A stretch of DNA of 64,000 nucleotides from Clostridia bacterium (GTDB lineage: Bacteria; Bacillota; Clostridia; Oscillospirales; CAG-272), in NCBI GenBank assembly GCA_017467815.1, contig JAFUKI010000077.1:4797-68796 (forward strand). The letters run 5' to 3'. Below the pieces are notes generated by a model. The model was not told the DNA's origin. It saw only the letters and a program-made list of their open reading frames with translations, and did not search any database. Numbering within the stretch: position 1 is the stretch's first letter; the number at the start of each line of letters is the position of its first letter. Of this stretch, positions 49,176 to 56,822 are shown piece after piece. The position numbers were made by a program, and so were the translations under genes.

Positions 49176-49667
49176 TTATACCCCTTCTGTGAATACGGCG
49201 GTGGAGAGAACGAATGTGCCGGATACGCCGTCGGATACGGATTTCAGGGTTCCGGTGTACAGAAGTGTATCCGTACCGGAGCCGCATTCATCGGGAATAA
49301 CGGAATAGACACGGCGGCGTGCGCGGCAGATGCCGGATGTGCCCGTTTCGTCGAACAGATCCACGGTGCAGATCTCCACCTGTGCTTCTTCGCCGGTACG
49401 TTCATAATCGGTGATGCTGCGCAGTTTTTCGATCACCGGATTGCCCTTGTATACTTCAAATTCGTATTCAATGGTGGGGGCATAGCCGGTTACATCGGTG
49501 CGCTTGGAGGCTTCGTGGATGTATCGTCTCTGATAACTTACCGCATTTTTGGATTCGGTAAAGTCCGTGAACCCTTCCCCGATCAGACTCCATTCCGGCG
49601 CATCGGCGGTTGCGATATTCATATAATGCCGTCTGGCGGCACGATTGACAATGGATGTTGCTGCCAT
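49176..49667 (-). CDS. Major tail protein
   Basis: 163 aa with an AAAGGA SD. Position and size fit siphovirus major tail proteins. Confidence 0.65.
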   Translation of the reverse strand: MAATSIVNRAARRHYMNIATADAPEWSLIGEGFTDFTESKNAVSYQRRYIHEASKRTDVTGYAPTIEYEFEVYKGNPVIEKLRSITDYERTGEEAQVEICTVDLFDETGTSGICRARRRVYSVIPDECGSGTDTLLYTGTLKSVSDGVSGTFVLSTAVFTEGV

Positions 49668-49691
49668 AATGATTCCTTTCTGTGTGTGGTT

Positions 49692-50099
49692 TTATTGAGA
49701 TACATGGTATTCCAGTACAAAAGCCGCCCTGTATTCTTCCGTTCCGTCCTGCCATACCGATGCTTTTGCCGGAAGGGTGGTCTGGCGGATTTTGGTGAAT
49801 ACCTTTCCGTTTTCATCCGGGGGCAGATGGGCGGAGAGCCAGTCGGTCAGGCTTTCAAACTGCCCCAGAACCGCTAATTTCCCAGCAGGGGATGCGCCGT
49901 CCGTGTACAGGGATACCCCAAAAGGGAACTGTCCGGTGTAGGAACCGTCGATGTATCTTTTGATCTGGCGGCTGGCGGAGAGGGCAGTGATCACCCCGCC
50001 CGGAACCTTTCCTTCCGTTTCCGGGAGAAAATCCCACGGACGGTCCTCCCAGGTGTTGAGTAAAGTGCATAAAGCGTTGAGGATGCTTTTTTCTTCCAT
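49692..50099 (-). CDS. Tail-completion / minor capsid-family protein
   Basis: 135 aa with an AAAGGAG SD, in the head-tail joining block. Confidence 0.5.
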   Translation of the reverse strand: MEEKSILNALCTLLNTWEDRPWDFLPETEGKVPGGVITALSASRQIKRYIDGSYTGQFPFGVSLYTDGASPAGKLAVLGQFESLTDWLSAHLPPDENGKVFTKIRQTTLPAKASVWQDGTEEYRAAFVLEYHVSQ

Positions 50100-50103
50100 A
50101 TCG

Positions 50104-50442
50104 TTAAAACTCCTTTCCCGTCAGTGCTTTTGCCGCTGTCTGCCGCCACAATTCCAGATCCACAGCTTTGGCGGCTTCAAACCATCCTGCCTGGGCAAGG
50201 GGGTGTTTTTCTCTGGAAAAAGGTCTTTTGGCATAGTAGCATTTCTGTGCATGATCGGCAGTCCATGCTACCCCTTCCTCCGTAATGCTGCCGGATGCGG
50301 CAAGAGCGCCTGTGCGGTAGGGGACGTAGGGCGTGCTGGAATCCAGAACTGCCTGACGCATGGCTTGTGCGGCGGCTTTTGCACGGCTGGTGATGGCGTT
50401 CATAACCGAACCGGTGCTGAACTGCATGGTAAAATGAACCAT
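50104..50442 (-). CDS. Head-tail joining protein (HK97 gp10-like / minor capsid family)
   Basis: ATG at 50442 follows AGGAGG (MVHFTMQFSTGS..). Confidence 0.5.
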   Translation of the reverse strand: MVHFTMQFSTGSVMNAITSRAKAAAQAMRQAVLDSSTPYVPYRTGALAASGSITEEGVAWTADHAQKCYYAKRPFSREKHPLAQAGWFEAAKAVDLELWRQTAAKALTGKEF

Positions 50443-50450
50443 AGTACCTC

Positions 50451-50795
50451 CTATGCCATGCATTCCAGCCGATAATGCTCCACTCTGTCACTGCCGGTCA
50501 GATAGGGCGTGATTTTCATGACCGTCCAGCCTGTCTTATCATCGGGACCGAAGTACAGCTTGTCTCCGGGGGCAAATCCGACGGCGGAAAAAGGAAGACT
50601 GCCGCCCGACTGATCGGTAAGTCTGCTGAAACGGGGGAAGAAATACACTACGGCACTGCATTTGTGATGTCCCTTTTCCGTCATGGCGGCGCTGCGGAAG
50701 ACCACGGTTTTATGGGCTGTATATTCTTTGTATACCGGTATAAAGCGGCTGTCGTAGCCCAGAAGATGCCTGAGTACAATCTGATCTGTACGCAT
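50451..50795 (-). CDS. Head closure / minor capsid-family protein
   Basis: 114 aa with a GAGGAGG SD. Confidence 0.5.
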   Translation of the reverse strand: MRTDQIVLRHLLGYDSRFIPVYKEYTAHKTVVFRSAAMTEKGHHKCSAVVYFFPRFSRLTDQSGGSLPFSAVGFAPGDKLYFGPDDKTGWTVMKITPYLTGSDRVEHYRLECMA

Positions 50796-50804
50796 ATTTC
50801 CTCC

Positions 50805-51143
50805 TCAAATCCACTGATTCAGCAGACCGGCGTGGGACAGGGTGAGTATGGCATAGGGACATACCTTCACACCGTACACGGAAAGCGCCGGCATACGGTA
50901 TTCCACCCGGTAATCCCCCAGACTTTCGGCGGCAAGACCTGCACTGTCCCCGTTTCCGGCGATCTGATCCGTCTGCAGACAGACAGCACAGCGGATGGCG
51001 TCTTCCTTTTCCGGATAATCCGCCGGGTGACGGGGCAGCAGAAGATGTGCGATCACCGCTTCCGCCGCCTTGGAGTGCTGTAAGAATTCTTCTTCCGTCA
51101 GCCCACCGCCGTATTCATTTTTGTAATACGTATAATCCGTCAC
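50805..51143 (-). CDS. Head-tail connector-like protein
   Basis: GTG at 51143 lies 7 nt after AAAGGAG (VTDYTYYKNEYGGGLTEEEF..). The track ORF extends into the capsid gene. Confidence 0.5.
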   Translation of the reverse strand: MTDYTYYKNEYGGGLTEEEFLQHSKAAEAVIAHLLLPRHPADYPEKEDAIRCAVCLQTDQIAGNGDSAGLAAESLGDYRVEYRMPALSVYGVKVCPYAILTLSHAGLLNQWI

Positions 51144-51156
51144 GGCAAATCTCCTT

Positions 51157-52278
51157 TTAACCCATGTAGCGTACAGCCAGCTCAGGATAGAGGGGCATGA
51201 AGCTGTAGAGCACATCCATGGAAAGAATGTCCTTCTTACGGTTGATGTCATAACCGCGTACCACACGGAGGGAGATACCGTTGTGGGTGGTTACATAGGA
51301 TTCCACGCCGGCAGGTGCAGCCAGAGGACGGGAAACGAAGGCGAAGGCATTGGGATGGAAAATCAGGTTGGCTTCGTGGGTAGGCAGGACCTCAACGGTA
51401 CCGTTCAGAATGCCGCTTACGGAAGTGGGCATGATCGGGAAGGTAACGGAGGTGCTTGTAAATTCCACATTGTCGGCGGCGATGACATAAACCACGGAAC
51501 CGTCCTTCTTGGTGATCTTGAGAATATCGCCGAGGTTGATGGTTTTGTCGGGGGCGGAGGAACAGGTCAGGGTCAGGGAAGTACCGGCAAGGGTGGTGAC
51601 GATGATGTTGGCGGAAGAACCGGCGAGGGTACCGGAAACATGGGTGGGTACAGCCTGGCTCATGTAGTTTTCCAGACCGAATACCTTACCGATGGAACCG
51701 GTGCGCAGAGCCTTGGAGGAACCGCACTGATCCGCATTGATAAGCGCCGGAATCTGCTTCAGCTGGCAGGCGGTACGGGGACTCCAGAGAGCGCATCGGT
51801 TGTCGGTGGGAACCCCTGCCTTGTCCAGCGCATAAACGGCTTCGGCGAAATCGCTCAGATCGGACGGAGGTGTACCGGGCGTACCGACCACGGTAGAGGC
51901 AGTGCAGTAAAGCATCATACCGTCTCTGTTGATTTTCTCTGCCAGAGCAGCGGCGGCAGGTTCCAGAAACAGTCTGGTCATGTCATCAAAGCTGCAGGCA
52001 CTTTCGAGGGCGGAAACTTCCACATCCACAGTGGCGATGTTGGCAAGGGGTACCTCTACGGTTTCCTCAACGATGGACTGGGGGCTGATGGTGTCGCCGT
52101 TGAAGAAATCATTGGCGGTCAGCTTTACGGGACGGCGGATCACAACGGTATCCCCCTTCTTGGCGCTCTGGTGGTCCCCCAGATCCTTGTAGACCAGATT
52201 GGGGAATACCAGATTGTCCATCAGTCTGGGCAGGGTTTCTCTTGCGATCTGCTTGGCGGAATATAAACTGTTGTACAT
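51157..52278 (-). CDS. Major capsid protein (P22 gp5-like coat family)
   Basis: 373 aa following the scaffold gene. The N-terminal region is typical of P22-type coat proteins (from memory). Confidence 0.75.
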   Translation of the reverse strand: MYNSLYSAKQIARETLPRLMDNLVFPNLVYKDLGDHQSAKKGDTVVIRRPVKLTANDFFNGDTISPQSIVEETVEVPLANIATVDVEVSALESACSFDDMTRLFLEPAAAALAEKINRDGMMLYCTASTVVGTPGTPPSDLSDFAEAVYALDKAGVPTDNRCALWSPRTACQLKQIPALINADQCGSSKALRTGSIGKVFGLENYMSQAVPTHVSGTLAGSSANIIVTTLAGTSLTLTCSSAPDKTINLGDILKITKKDGSVVYVIAADNVEFTSTSVTFPIMPTSVSGILNGTVEVLPTHEANLIFHPNAFAFVSRPLAAPAGVESYVTTHNGISLRVVRGYDINRKKDILSMDVLYSFMPLYPELAVRYMG

Positions 52279-52317
52279 AAATAATCTCCTTTGTCAGTCA
52301 AGTGTATTGTGTTTGTC

Positions 52318-52740
52318 TCAGAAACGGCGGACGAAGCGGTAGTACTCCGCATCGGTCATGCTTTCCGGGTCGGCAAAGGGAGTGCCGTGGGAAGTGCCGG
52401 TGGCGATCTTCTCCTTATCCCCGGTGTTGTGGAATAAATAGGGATCGCTGACACGGAGCTTGTCCAGCTGTTCGTTCAGACCGTGAATACCGTCGTTGTC
52501 CATGGTAATGGCGGACATATCCAGTACCTTGGCGGCAAGCGACGGATTTTTGGCGCCCATTCTGGTCAGGGCGTACTTGGTTTCGTGTTCGATCTGCATT
52601 TTCTGCAGGTCGGCGGTGTGGTTTTTCTCCATGAGACGGATCTGTTCCTGCAAAGCTGCCACTTCGGGGGAAACATTTTCCTCTGCTTCGGATACCGCAC
52701 CGGTTTCTTCGGCGGCGCCTGTCATGTTGTTTTCTTCCAT
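52318..52740 (-). CDS. Scaffolding protein
   Basis: 140-aa acidic helical protein between portal and capsid. ATG at 52740 lies 10 nt after AAAGGAG. Confidence 0.65.
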   Translation of the reverse strand: MEENNMTGAAEETGAVSEAEENVSPEVAALQEQIRLMEKNHTADLQKMQIEHETKYALTRMGAKNPSLAAKVLDMSAITMDNDGIHGLNEQLDKLRVSDPYLFHNTGDKEKIATGTSHGTPFADPESMTDAEYYRFVRRF

Positions 52741-52778
52741 GTGCAAAAATCTCCTTTCTGATCGGCATATTATCCGGC

Positions 52779-54152
52779 TCAGATACCGTTATGCCATTTT
52801 CTTTTGAATTCTTCCGCGGACAGAAGTCCGGCTTCCACTTCGCGCAGATCCCGGCTTCTTTCGGATTCCGTATCCACGAAATAGCTGTCGTCATACCGTA
52901 CAGCCACAGGGGTCGTGCTGTCCATGGGCAGGCGGAGTATGTATTCCCCCAGCCACAGAACCGGTCTTACGATGCCGTACAGAAATGCGGTCATGTTCTG
53001 CTGATGCTTGCTCAGATTCTGCCGCATATCCTGCCGTTCTCCCATGTACTGGGTGGCGGTAAGCTGTGCTTTGCCCTGTACGCCGGAGAACAGATAATGC
53101 CTTGTCCCCAGACCGCACCGGAAGGACAGATAATCCAGCTGTGCCTGCAGGGCATCACGGTTTTCCTCGGAACGGAGACTGGGATTGTGTTCGGTGATCA
53201 TGGGCGTTTCCGCCAGATCCCCGTCGCCGATGGTTACAAACAGCTGCTGCGCCACATCGTCCGGGGTGTACAGATTCCCTTCGCTGTCCCGGTTGACCAA
53301 GGACTGGTTGATGAATACCTTCTTGCCGCCCAGTTTCAGGTCACGGCAGAAATTGTTGAATGCCAGATCCACACCCTTCAGACAGTCGATGGCATCGGCA
53401 AAAATGGACTGTCCCAGACCGCATCCCTCGTCCACGGCGTTGTGGATGTTGGGGGTCAGAATGCTGAAGAAGGGGTACGGACAGCCGGTGCGGATCTCTC
53501 TCGGCGGCATTTTGGGGTATTTGACCTCCGTCAGCCTGCCGCCGTTTTCTTCCGCGTAATAATGGTTGCGGATCACATACCCGTCGTCTTCTCTGGTGTG
53601 GATCTCCACATAGAGTGCCTTTTCTCCGCGGGTACGGATTTCGGAAATGAATGCCGCCTCCGTGATCCTGCCTTCCTCCACGGAAATGGGCAGAATATGT
53701 CCCGCATCCACAAAGTCGAAGGAGAGGGAGAGGGGCATCTCAGCCGCTTCGGTCAGATTGCCGCACCCGACGGGCAGACCGTGGACACGCAGCAGACAGG
53801 CACCGCTTCCCAGAGCAAAAGCCTTTTCCACCATATGGTTGCATCTCCGCCAGAAATCGGTCTGGGAGAGAAGGATCTGCAGCCATTTTTCCGCGGCAGG
53901 ATCGGCAACCTGAAGATAGGTCTTGTCGTTGAACAGCAGGGAAGCCCAGTCTTCGCATACCTTTTTCGCCATGTGCAGACGGTACATTTCCCGCTTGACC
54001 GGACGTCCGAAGGAAGCGTTTTCCCAGTATTCGTGGAAGGTATGCTCCTTCCCCTGCCACCAGCTCTGCCAGATGTCGATCATGCGGTAGATCCCCGTGC
54101 CCGCTGTGCAGCCGTACTGCTGACCGATCAGGTCTAAAATTTCGTTTCGCAT
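52779..54152 (-). CDS. Portal protein
   Basis: 457 aa, immediately after the large terminase. Confidence 0.8.
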   Translation of the reverse strand: MRNEILDLIGQQYGCTAGTGIYRMIDIWQSWWQGKEHTFHEYWENASFGRPVKREMYRLHMAKKVCEDWASLLFNDKTYLQVADPAAEKWLQILLSQTDFWRRCNHMVEKAFALGSGACLLRVHGLPVGCGNLTEAAEMPLSLSFDFVDAGHILPISVEEGRITEAAFISEIRTRGEKALYVEIHTREDDGYVIRNHYYAEENGGRLTEVKYPKMPPREIRTGCPYPFFSILTPNIHNAVDEGCGLGQSIFADAIDCLKGVDLAFNNFCRDLKLGGKKVFINQSLVNRDSEGNLYTPDDVAQQLFVTIGDGDLAETPMITEHNPSLRSEENRDALQAQLDYLSFRCGLGTRHYLFSGVQGKAQLTATQYMGERQDMRQNLSKHQQNMTAFLYGIVRPVLWLGEYILRLPMDSTTPVAVRYDDSYFVDTESERSRDLREVEAGLLSAEEFKRKWHNGI

Positions 54153-54178
54153 AAATTGTTCCTTTCTGGTAAAATTGA

Positions 54179-55492
54179 TCAGACTTTCCCCATATACCGT
54201 TCAATGGCATATTCCATAGCATCCAGAATGTCTATGTCCGAGGTAAAGTCGTCTTTCCGCCTGTCCGCGCCTTCCGTGTCCTCCCAGACCGCCTCCGCAA
54301 GTCCGGCAGCCAGCTTCGGACAATCCGGAGTGAGATGAAAACGACCTGCACTCATCAGTCCGTTCACGAAAGCGATACGATCGGTGATGGGACGCTTGGC
54401 ACAGTCGGATACAATGAGTCCCTCACTCCCGGGGATGGACCGGCGGAGACCGTTGATCAGATACTGTGCTTCGCTGTCGCAGAAAACATAACGGATGGGC
54501 AGTCCGGGGTATTTCTCATGCAATGCGGCGAGAAAGGCGAGGAATTCTCTGTTGATGCGCCCCGGATCAATATCCCCTTTGTTCCCCTGTACTGCCTTTT
54601 CACCAATGGCGATCACACCGCCGGAGAGGGGAAATCCCACAGCGGCAAACACGGTTTTGGAACGGTTTCCGCCGAAGTCCACGCCGATGTTGCAGAATTT
54701 CATGGGCGGCAGATCCGCTGTCTGCAGCAGGAATTTCTCCGGTGCATCGGCAAAACTGCGGTAGATCAGCCCTTCAGCCGCACAGCGCTGTCCCAGTATA
54801 TCCCGACGGTACCATACGGATGCTTTGTCGTACTGCGCCTCGATTTCCGCAAGACGCTCTTTCGTGATCACGGGATTGTCCCGGATGGTGAAATGGGCGT
54901 AATTGCAGAAACCGGGGGAAGTGTCGGCAGTGTAGGGATCAATGTACTGCCGGTAAATGAGGGCGGAGGGGGAAGTGGGGTTCAGATCCCAGAAGATCTT
55001 CCGTCGGCGGGCGGCAAGGGTTCGGTTGAAGGCCTCTTGAATAAAGCTGTCGTGGTGGTGGTTGATCTCCGTTGCGAGCCACATTCCATACGAGTTTCCG
55101 CGGATCCGCTTGTAGGCATCCGCATTTTTTCCGCCGGCGAACAGAACCACCTTCTCACCGTTTTTCGTCTGAATACGCAGACATTCGTTATCCTTATACC
55201 GACCCCAGGTACACCTGCCTCTGAAAATCCTTTCCAGACCCAGACCGTTGCAGTCCCCCAGATTGAGTTTGGCATTGCCGATGGTGGAACCGGATGCCAG
55301 ATGAATCCGATCCGGCGTTTCCTCCAGTGCGGCGGCAAAGACAAATACATTGTCCACCGTCTTCCCGGCACGTACCGCCCCTTCGGCAATATTTATGGTG
55401 CAGTCCAGAGCACGCCGCATATACCTGCGATGCTTTTCCCCGAAACAATACCGGGGATCTTCATATTGCCCGGACTTTTCCGCATCCGTCAT
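54179..55492 (-). CDS. Terminase large subunit (PBSX family)
   Basis: 437 aa with a Walker A-like AVRAGKT and a family-typical sequence including the C-terminal nuclease region. Confidence 0.9.
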   Translation of the reverse strand: MTDAEKSGQYEDPRYCFGEKHRRYMRRALDCTINIAEGAVRAGKTVDNVFVFAAALEETPDRIHLASGSTIGNAKLNLGDCNGLGLERIFRGRCTWGRYKDNECLRIQTKNGEKVVLFAGGKNADAYKRIRGNSYGMWLATEINHHHDSFIQEAFNRTLAARRRKIFWDLNPTSPSALIYRQYIDPYTADTSPGFCNYAHFTIRDNPVITKERLAEIEAQYDKASVWYRRDILGQRCAAEGLIYRSFADAPEKFLLQTADLPPMKFCNIGVDFGGNRSKTVFAAVGFPLSGGVIAIGEKAVQGNKGDIDPGRINREFLAFLAALHEKYPGLPIRYVFCDSEAQYLINGLRRSIPGSEGLIVSDCAKRPITDRIAFVNGLMSAGRFHLTPDCPKLAAGLAEAVWEDTEGADRRKDDFTSDIDILDAMEYAIERYMGKV

Positions 55493-55527
55493 ATTTCCGC
55501 TTCCTTTCCGTTTGCTTCATTCTCCCA

Positions 55528-55908
55528 TCATTCTTCCTGACGGAATACCTCCTCCCGCAGTGCCGCAATTTCCGTACTGGTTTCCGCCGCCGCAAATCCC
55601 TGAGCCGGATTCAGACGTACATCCTTCCACAGCTCAAAATACAGCTTGATTGCCGGAATGCTGCCGTCGCGTGCCAGAGAGAGCAGATGCTCCCAGACTT
55701 CCGCGGCGTACATCCCGGCATATTCTCTCGCCAGCTGCACCACAGCCGAACCGAATGCCGCATCCCTGAGCCATGCCAACATATCCGCTTCGGGCACATC
55801 CGTACGGGACAGGGCTTTCTCGATCTGTTCCCCGGCTGTCTGTCCTCTGAAGCTGTTTTCGATGACCGCATTGGCAGTGTCAATTTGTTTTTCCGTCGTA
55901 TCGCTCAC
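55528..55908 (-). CDS. Putative terminase small subunit / HTH packaging protein
   Basis: 126 aa directly upstream of terL. The start is uncertain because GTG at 55908 abuts the AAAGGAGG SD. Confidence 0.45.
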   Translation of the reverse strand: MSDTTEKQIDTANAVIENSFRGQTAGEQIEKALSRTDVPEADMLAWLRDAAFGSAVVQLAREYAGMYAAEVWEHLLSLARDGSIPAIKLYFELWKDVRLNPAQGFAAAETSTEIAALREEVFRQEE

Positions 55909-55924
55909 CTCCTTTCGTGCCTAT

Positions 55925-55953
55925 AGTATAACATCCCGAACATTTGTTTGTCA
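55925..55953 (-). promoter_or_regulatory. Candidate late-operon promoter
   Basis: Minus strand reads TGACAA (55953-55948), 17 nt spacer, TGtTATACT (-10 at 55930-55925). Confidence 0.5.
55938..55949. promoter_or_regulatory. LexA-like box (GAAC-N4-GTTT variant) in the late-promoter spacer
   Basis: + strand reads GAACATTTGTTT, one mismatch from GAAC-N4-GTTC. Confidence 0.4.
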
Positions 55954-56092
55954 TCCCACAAAAATACCGGCAGCGTGCAGGAAAAAGTAGCAGAAAAGTA
56001 TCAAAAAAGTGGTATCCCCCTCAAAAAATGCATAAAAAAAGACCGCCTGACATACAAGCAGCCTAAATAAATCCATATTCCTATTCCATATA

Positions 56093-56158
56093 CCCCTTTT
56101 GAAGTTTTTTGAAAAGAGGGAGGGGGGAGAATCGCTTCGCAAATCTCCCTCCCCCTTC
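56093..56158 (-). repeat. Dispersed hairpin repeat, copy 6 (degenerate)
   Basis: CCCTTTTGAAGTTTTTTGAAAAG module plus a GAGGGAGGGGGGAGA..TCTCCCTCCCCC hairpin with a divergent loop. It starts 5 nt after the regulator stop. Confidence 0.7.
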
Positions 56159-56162
56159 TAAA

Positions 56163-56552
56163 TCAAACCGTCCGACCAAATAAAGCCAAAGTAAACCGGC
56201 TGTATGCTCTGCGTCGGATTCTGTAGAAGGAACTGCGTTCTACGTGCAGTTCTTCGCATATATCCTCAATGCTCGCACGGGAGGATTTGGTGGCATAGGC
56301 AGTGAGAATGGCTTTCTCATCCGGTTCCAGGGTAGCCAGAGCAAACTCCAGTGCCCGTACCTTTTTTGCCAGCCGACGGCGGTTGTCCTCACATTCCGGC
56401 GATCCGTCATCCCACATATTCTGCAGTGCATTTCTCAGATATGGCAGTTCCTGCAGCAGAGAAATCGCCTGTTTCTGTAATGTCAACGCCTGATCCGTTT
56501 TTCTTGTTTTCATCGTTTCTTTGGTTGCGTTTGTCTTAATGGTAGTGCTCAT
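56163..56552 (-). CDS. ArpU/RinA-like phage late transcriptional activator (sigma-70 region-4-like HTH)
   Basis: 129 aa. The C-terminal ..SIEDICEELHVERSSFYRIRRRAYSRFTLAL is typical of ArpU/RinA/DUF1492-type regulators. It is the first gene of the cluster. Confidence 0.6.
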   Translation of the reverse strand: MSTTIKTNATKETMKTRKTDQALTLQKQAISLLQELPYLRNALQNMWDDGSPECEDNRRRLAKKVRALEFALATLEPDEKAILTAYATKSSRASIEDICEELHVERSSFYRIRRRAYSRFTLALFGRTV

Positions 56553-56593
56553 CTGCCATCATCCTTTCTATGGTATTGTTTGTACGTTGAAAA

Positions 56594-56607
56594 AGAACAT
56601 CCGTTCT
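56594..56607. promoter_or_regulatory. LexA (DinR/Cheo) box 1
   Basis: AGAACATCCGTTCT, 9 nt downstream of the -10 and over the expected transcription start. Confidence 0.75.
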
Positions 56608-56616
56608 GCTTTGATT

Positions 56617-56645
56617 AGTATACCACAAGGGGATGCGTTTGTCAA
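56617..56645 (-). promoter_or_regulatory. Sigma-A promoter of the regulator gene
   Basis: Minus strand reads TTGACA (56645-56640), 17 nt spacer, TATACT (56622-56617). Confidence 0.75.
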
Positions 56646-56653
56646 TACCAAAA

Positions 56654-56667
56654 AGAACATATGTTCT
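56654..56667. promoter_or_regulatory. LexA (DinR/Cheo) box 2
   Basis: AGAACATATGTTCT, a perfect palindrome 8 nt upstream of the -35. Confidence 0.8.
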
Positions 56668-56765
56668 ATCATTCTTCCCCGGATTTTGTCCTGCAGGGGG
56701 ATTCTCATAGCCAAATCCGGCTTTTATTCCCCGAAAAACATCTCTGTCCTGTCTCAAAAACAGCA

Positions 56766-56794
56766 TTGCAATCCTACAGTGATTATGTTATAAT
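56766..56794 (+). promoter_or_regulatory. Sigma-A promoter of kdgK
   Basis: TTGCAA (56766-56771), 17 nt spacer, TGtTATAAT (-10 at 56789-56794). Confidence 0.7.
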
Positions 56795-56822
56795 AAAAAT
56801 AAAAACACAGGAGTTTTATCAT

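Larger units (their letters stand above)
43315..56667 (-). mobile_element. Phage-derived head-tail morphogenesis cluster without lysogeny, replication or lysis modules (GTA-like / defective-prophage-like)
   Basis: 19 co-directional ORFs listed below, flanked directly by housekeeping genes. No integrase, repressor, replication, holin or endolysin gene, no tRNA and no att-like direct repeat were recognised. Confidence 0.75.

Noticed and set aside
947-55540. Other very long antisense ORFs (947-2308, 7411-8334, 14111-15490, 44821-46179, 51283-52266, 52791-54137, 54335-55540 and many shorter ones)
   Set aside because: The explanation is the same. Where I checked (947-2308, 14111-15490), the ORF is in phase with and opposite to a well-supported gene (ABC-F, secY); the others lie opposite rpsC, tail genes, coat, portal and terminase. 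They are shadow ORFs caused by codon bias, not overlapping genes.
55951-56142. 63-aa hydrophobic minus-strand ORF between the regulator and terS as a possible holin
   Set aside because: Its N-terminus is translated from repeat copy 6. The Phe-rich hydrophobic segments come from a T-rich intergenic tract. It has no convincing SD and it overlaps the candidate late promoter region.
43315-56667. Intact inducible prophage
   Set aside because: Only packaging, head and tail genes plus one regulator are present. Housekeeping genes with their own promoters abut both ends, so there is no room for lysogeny, replication or lysis modules.
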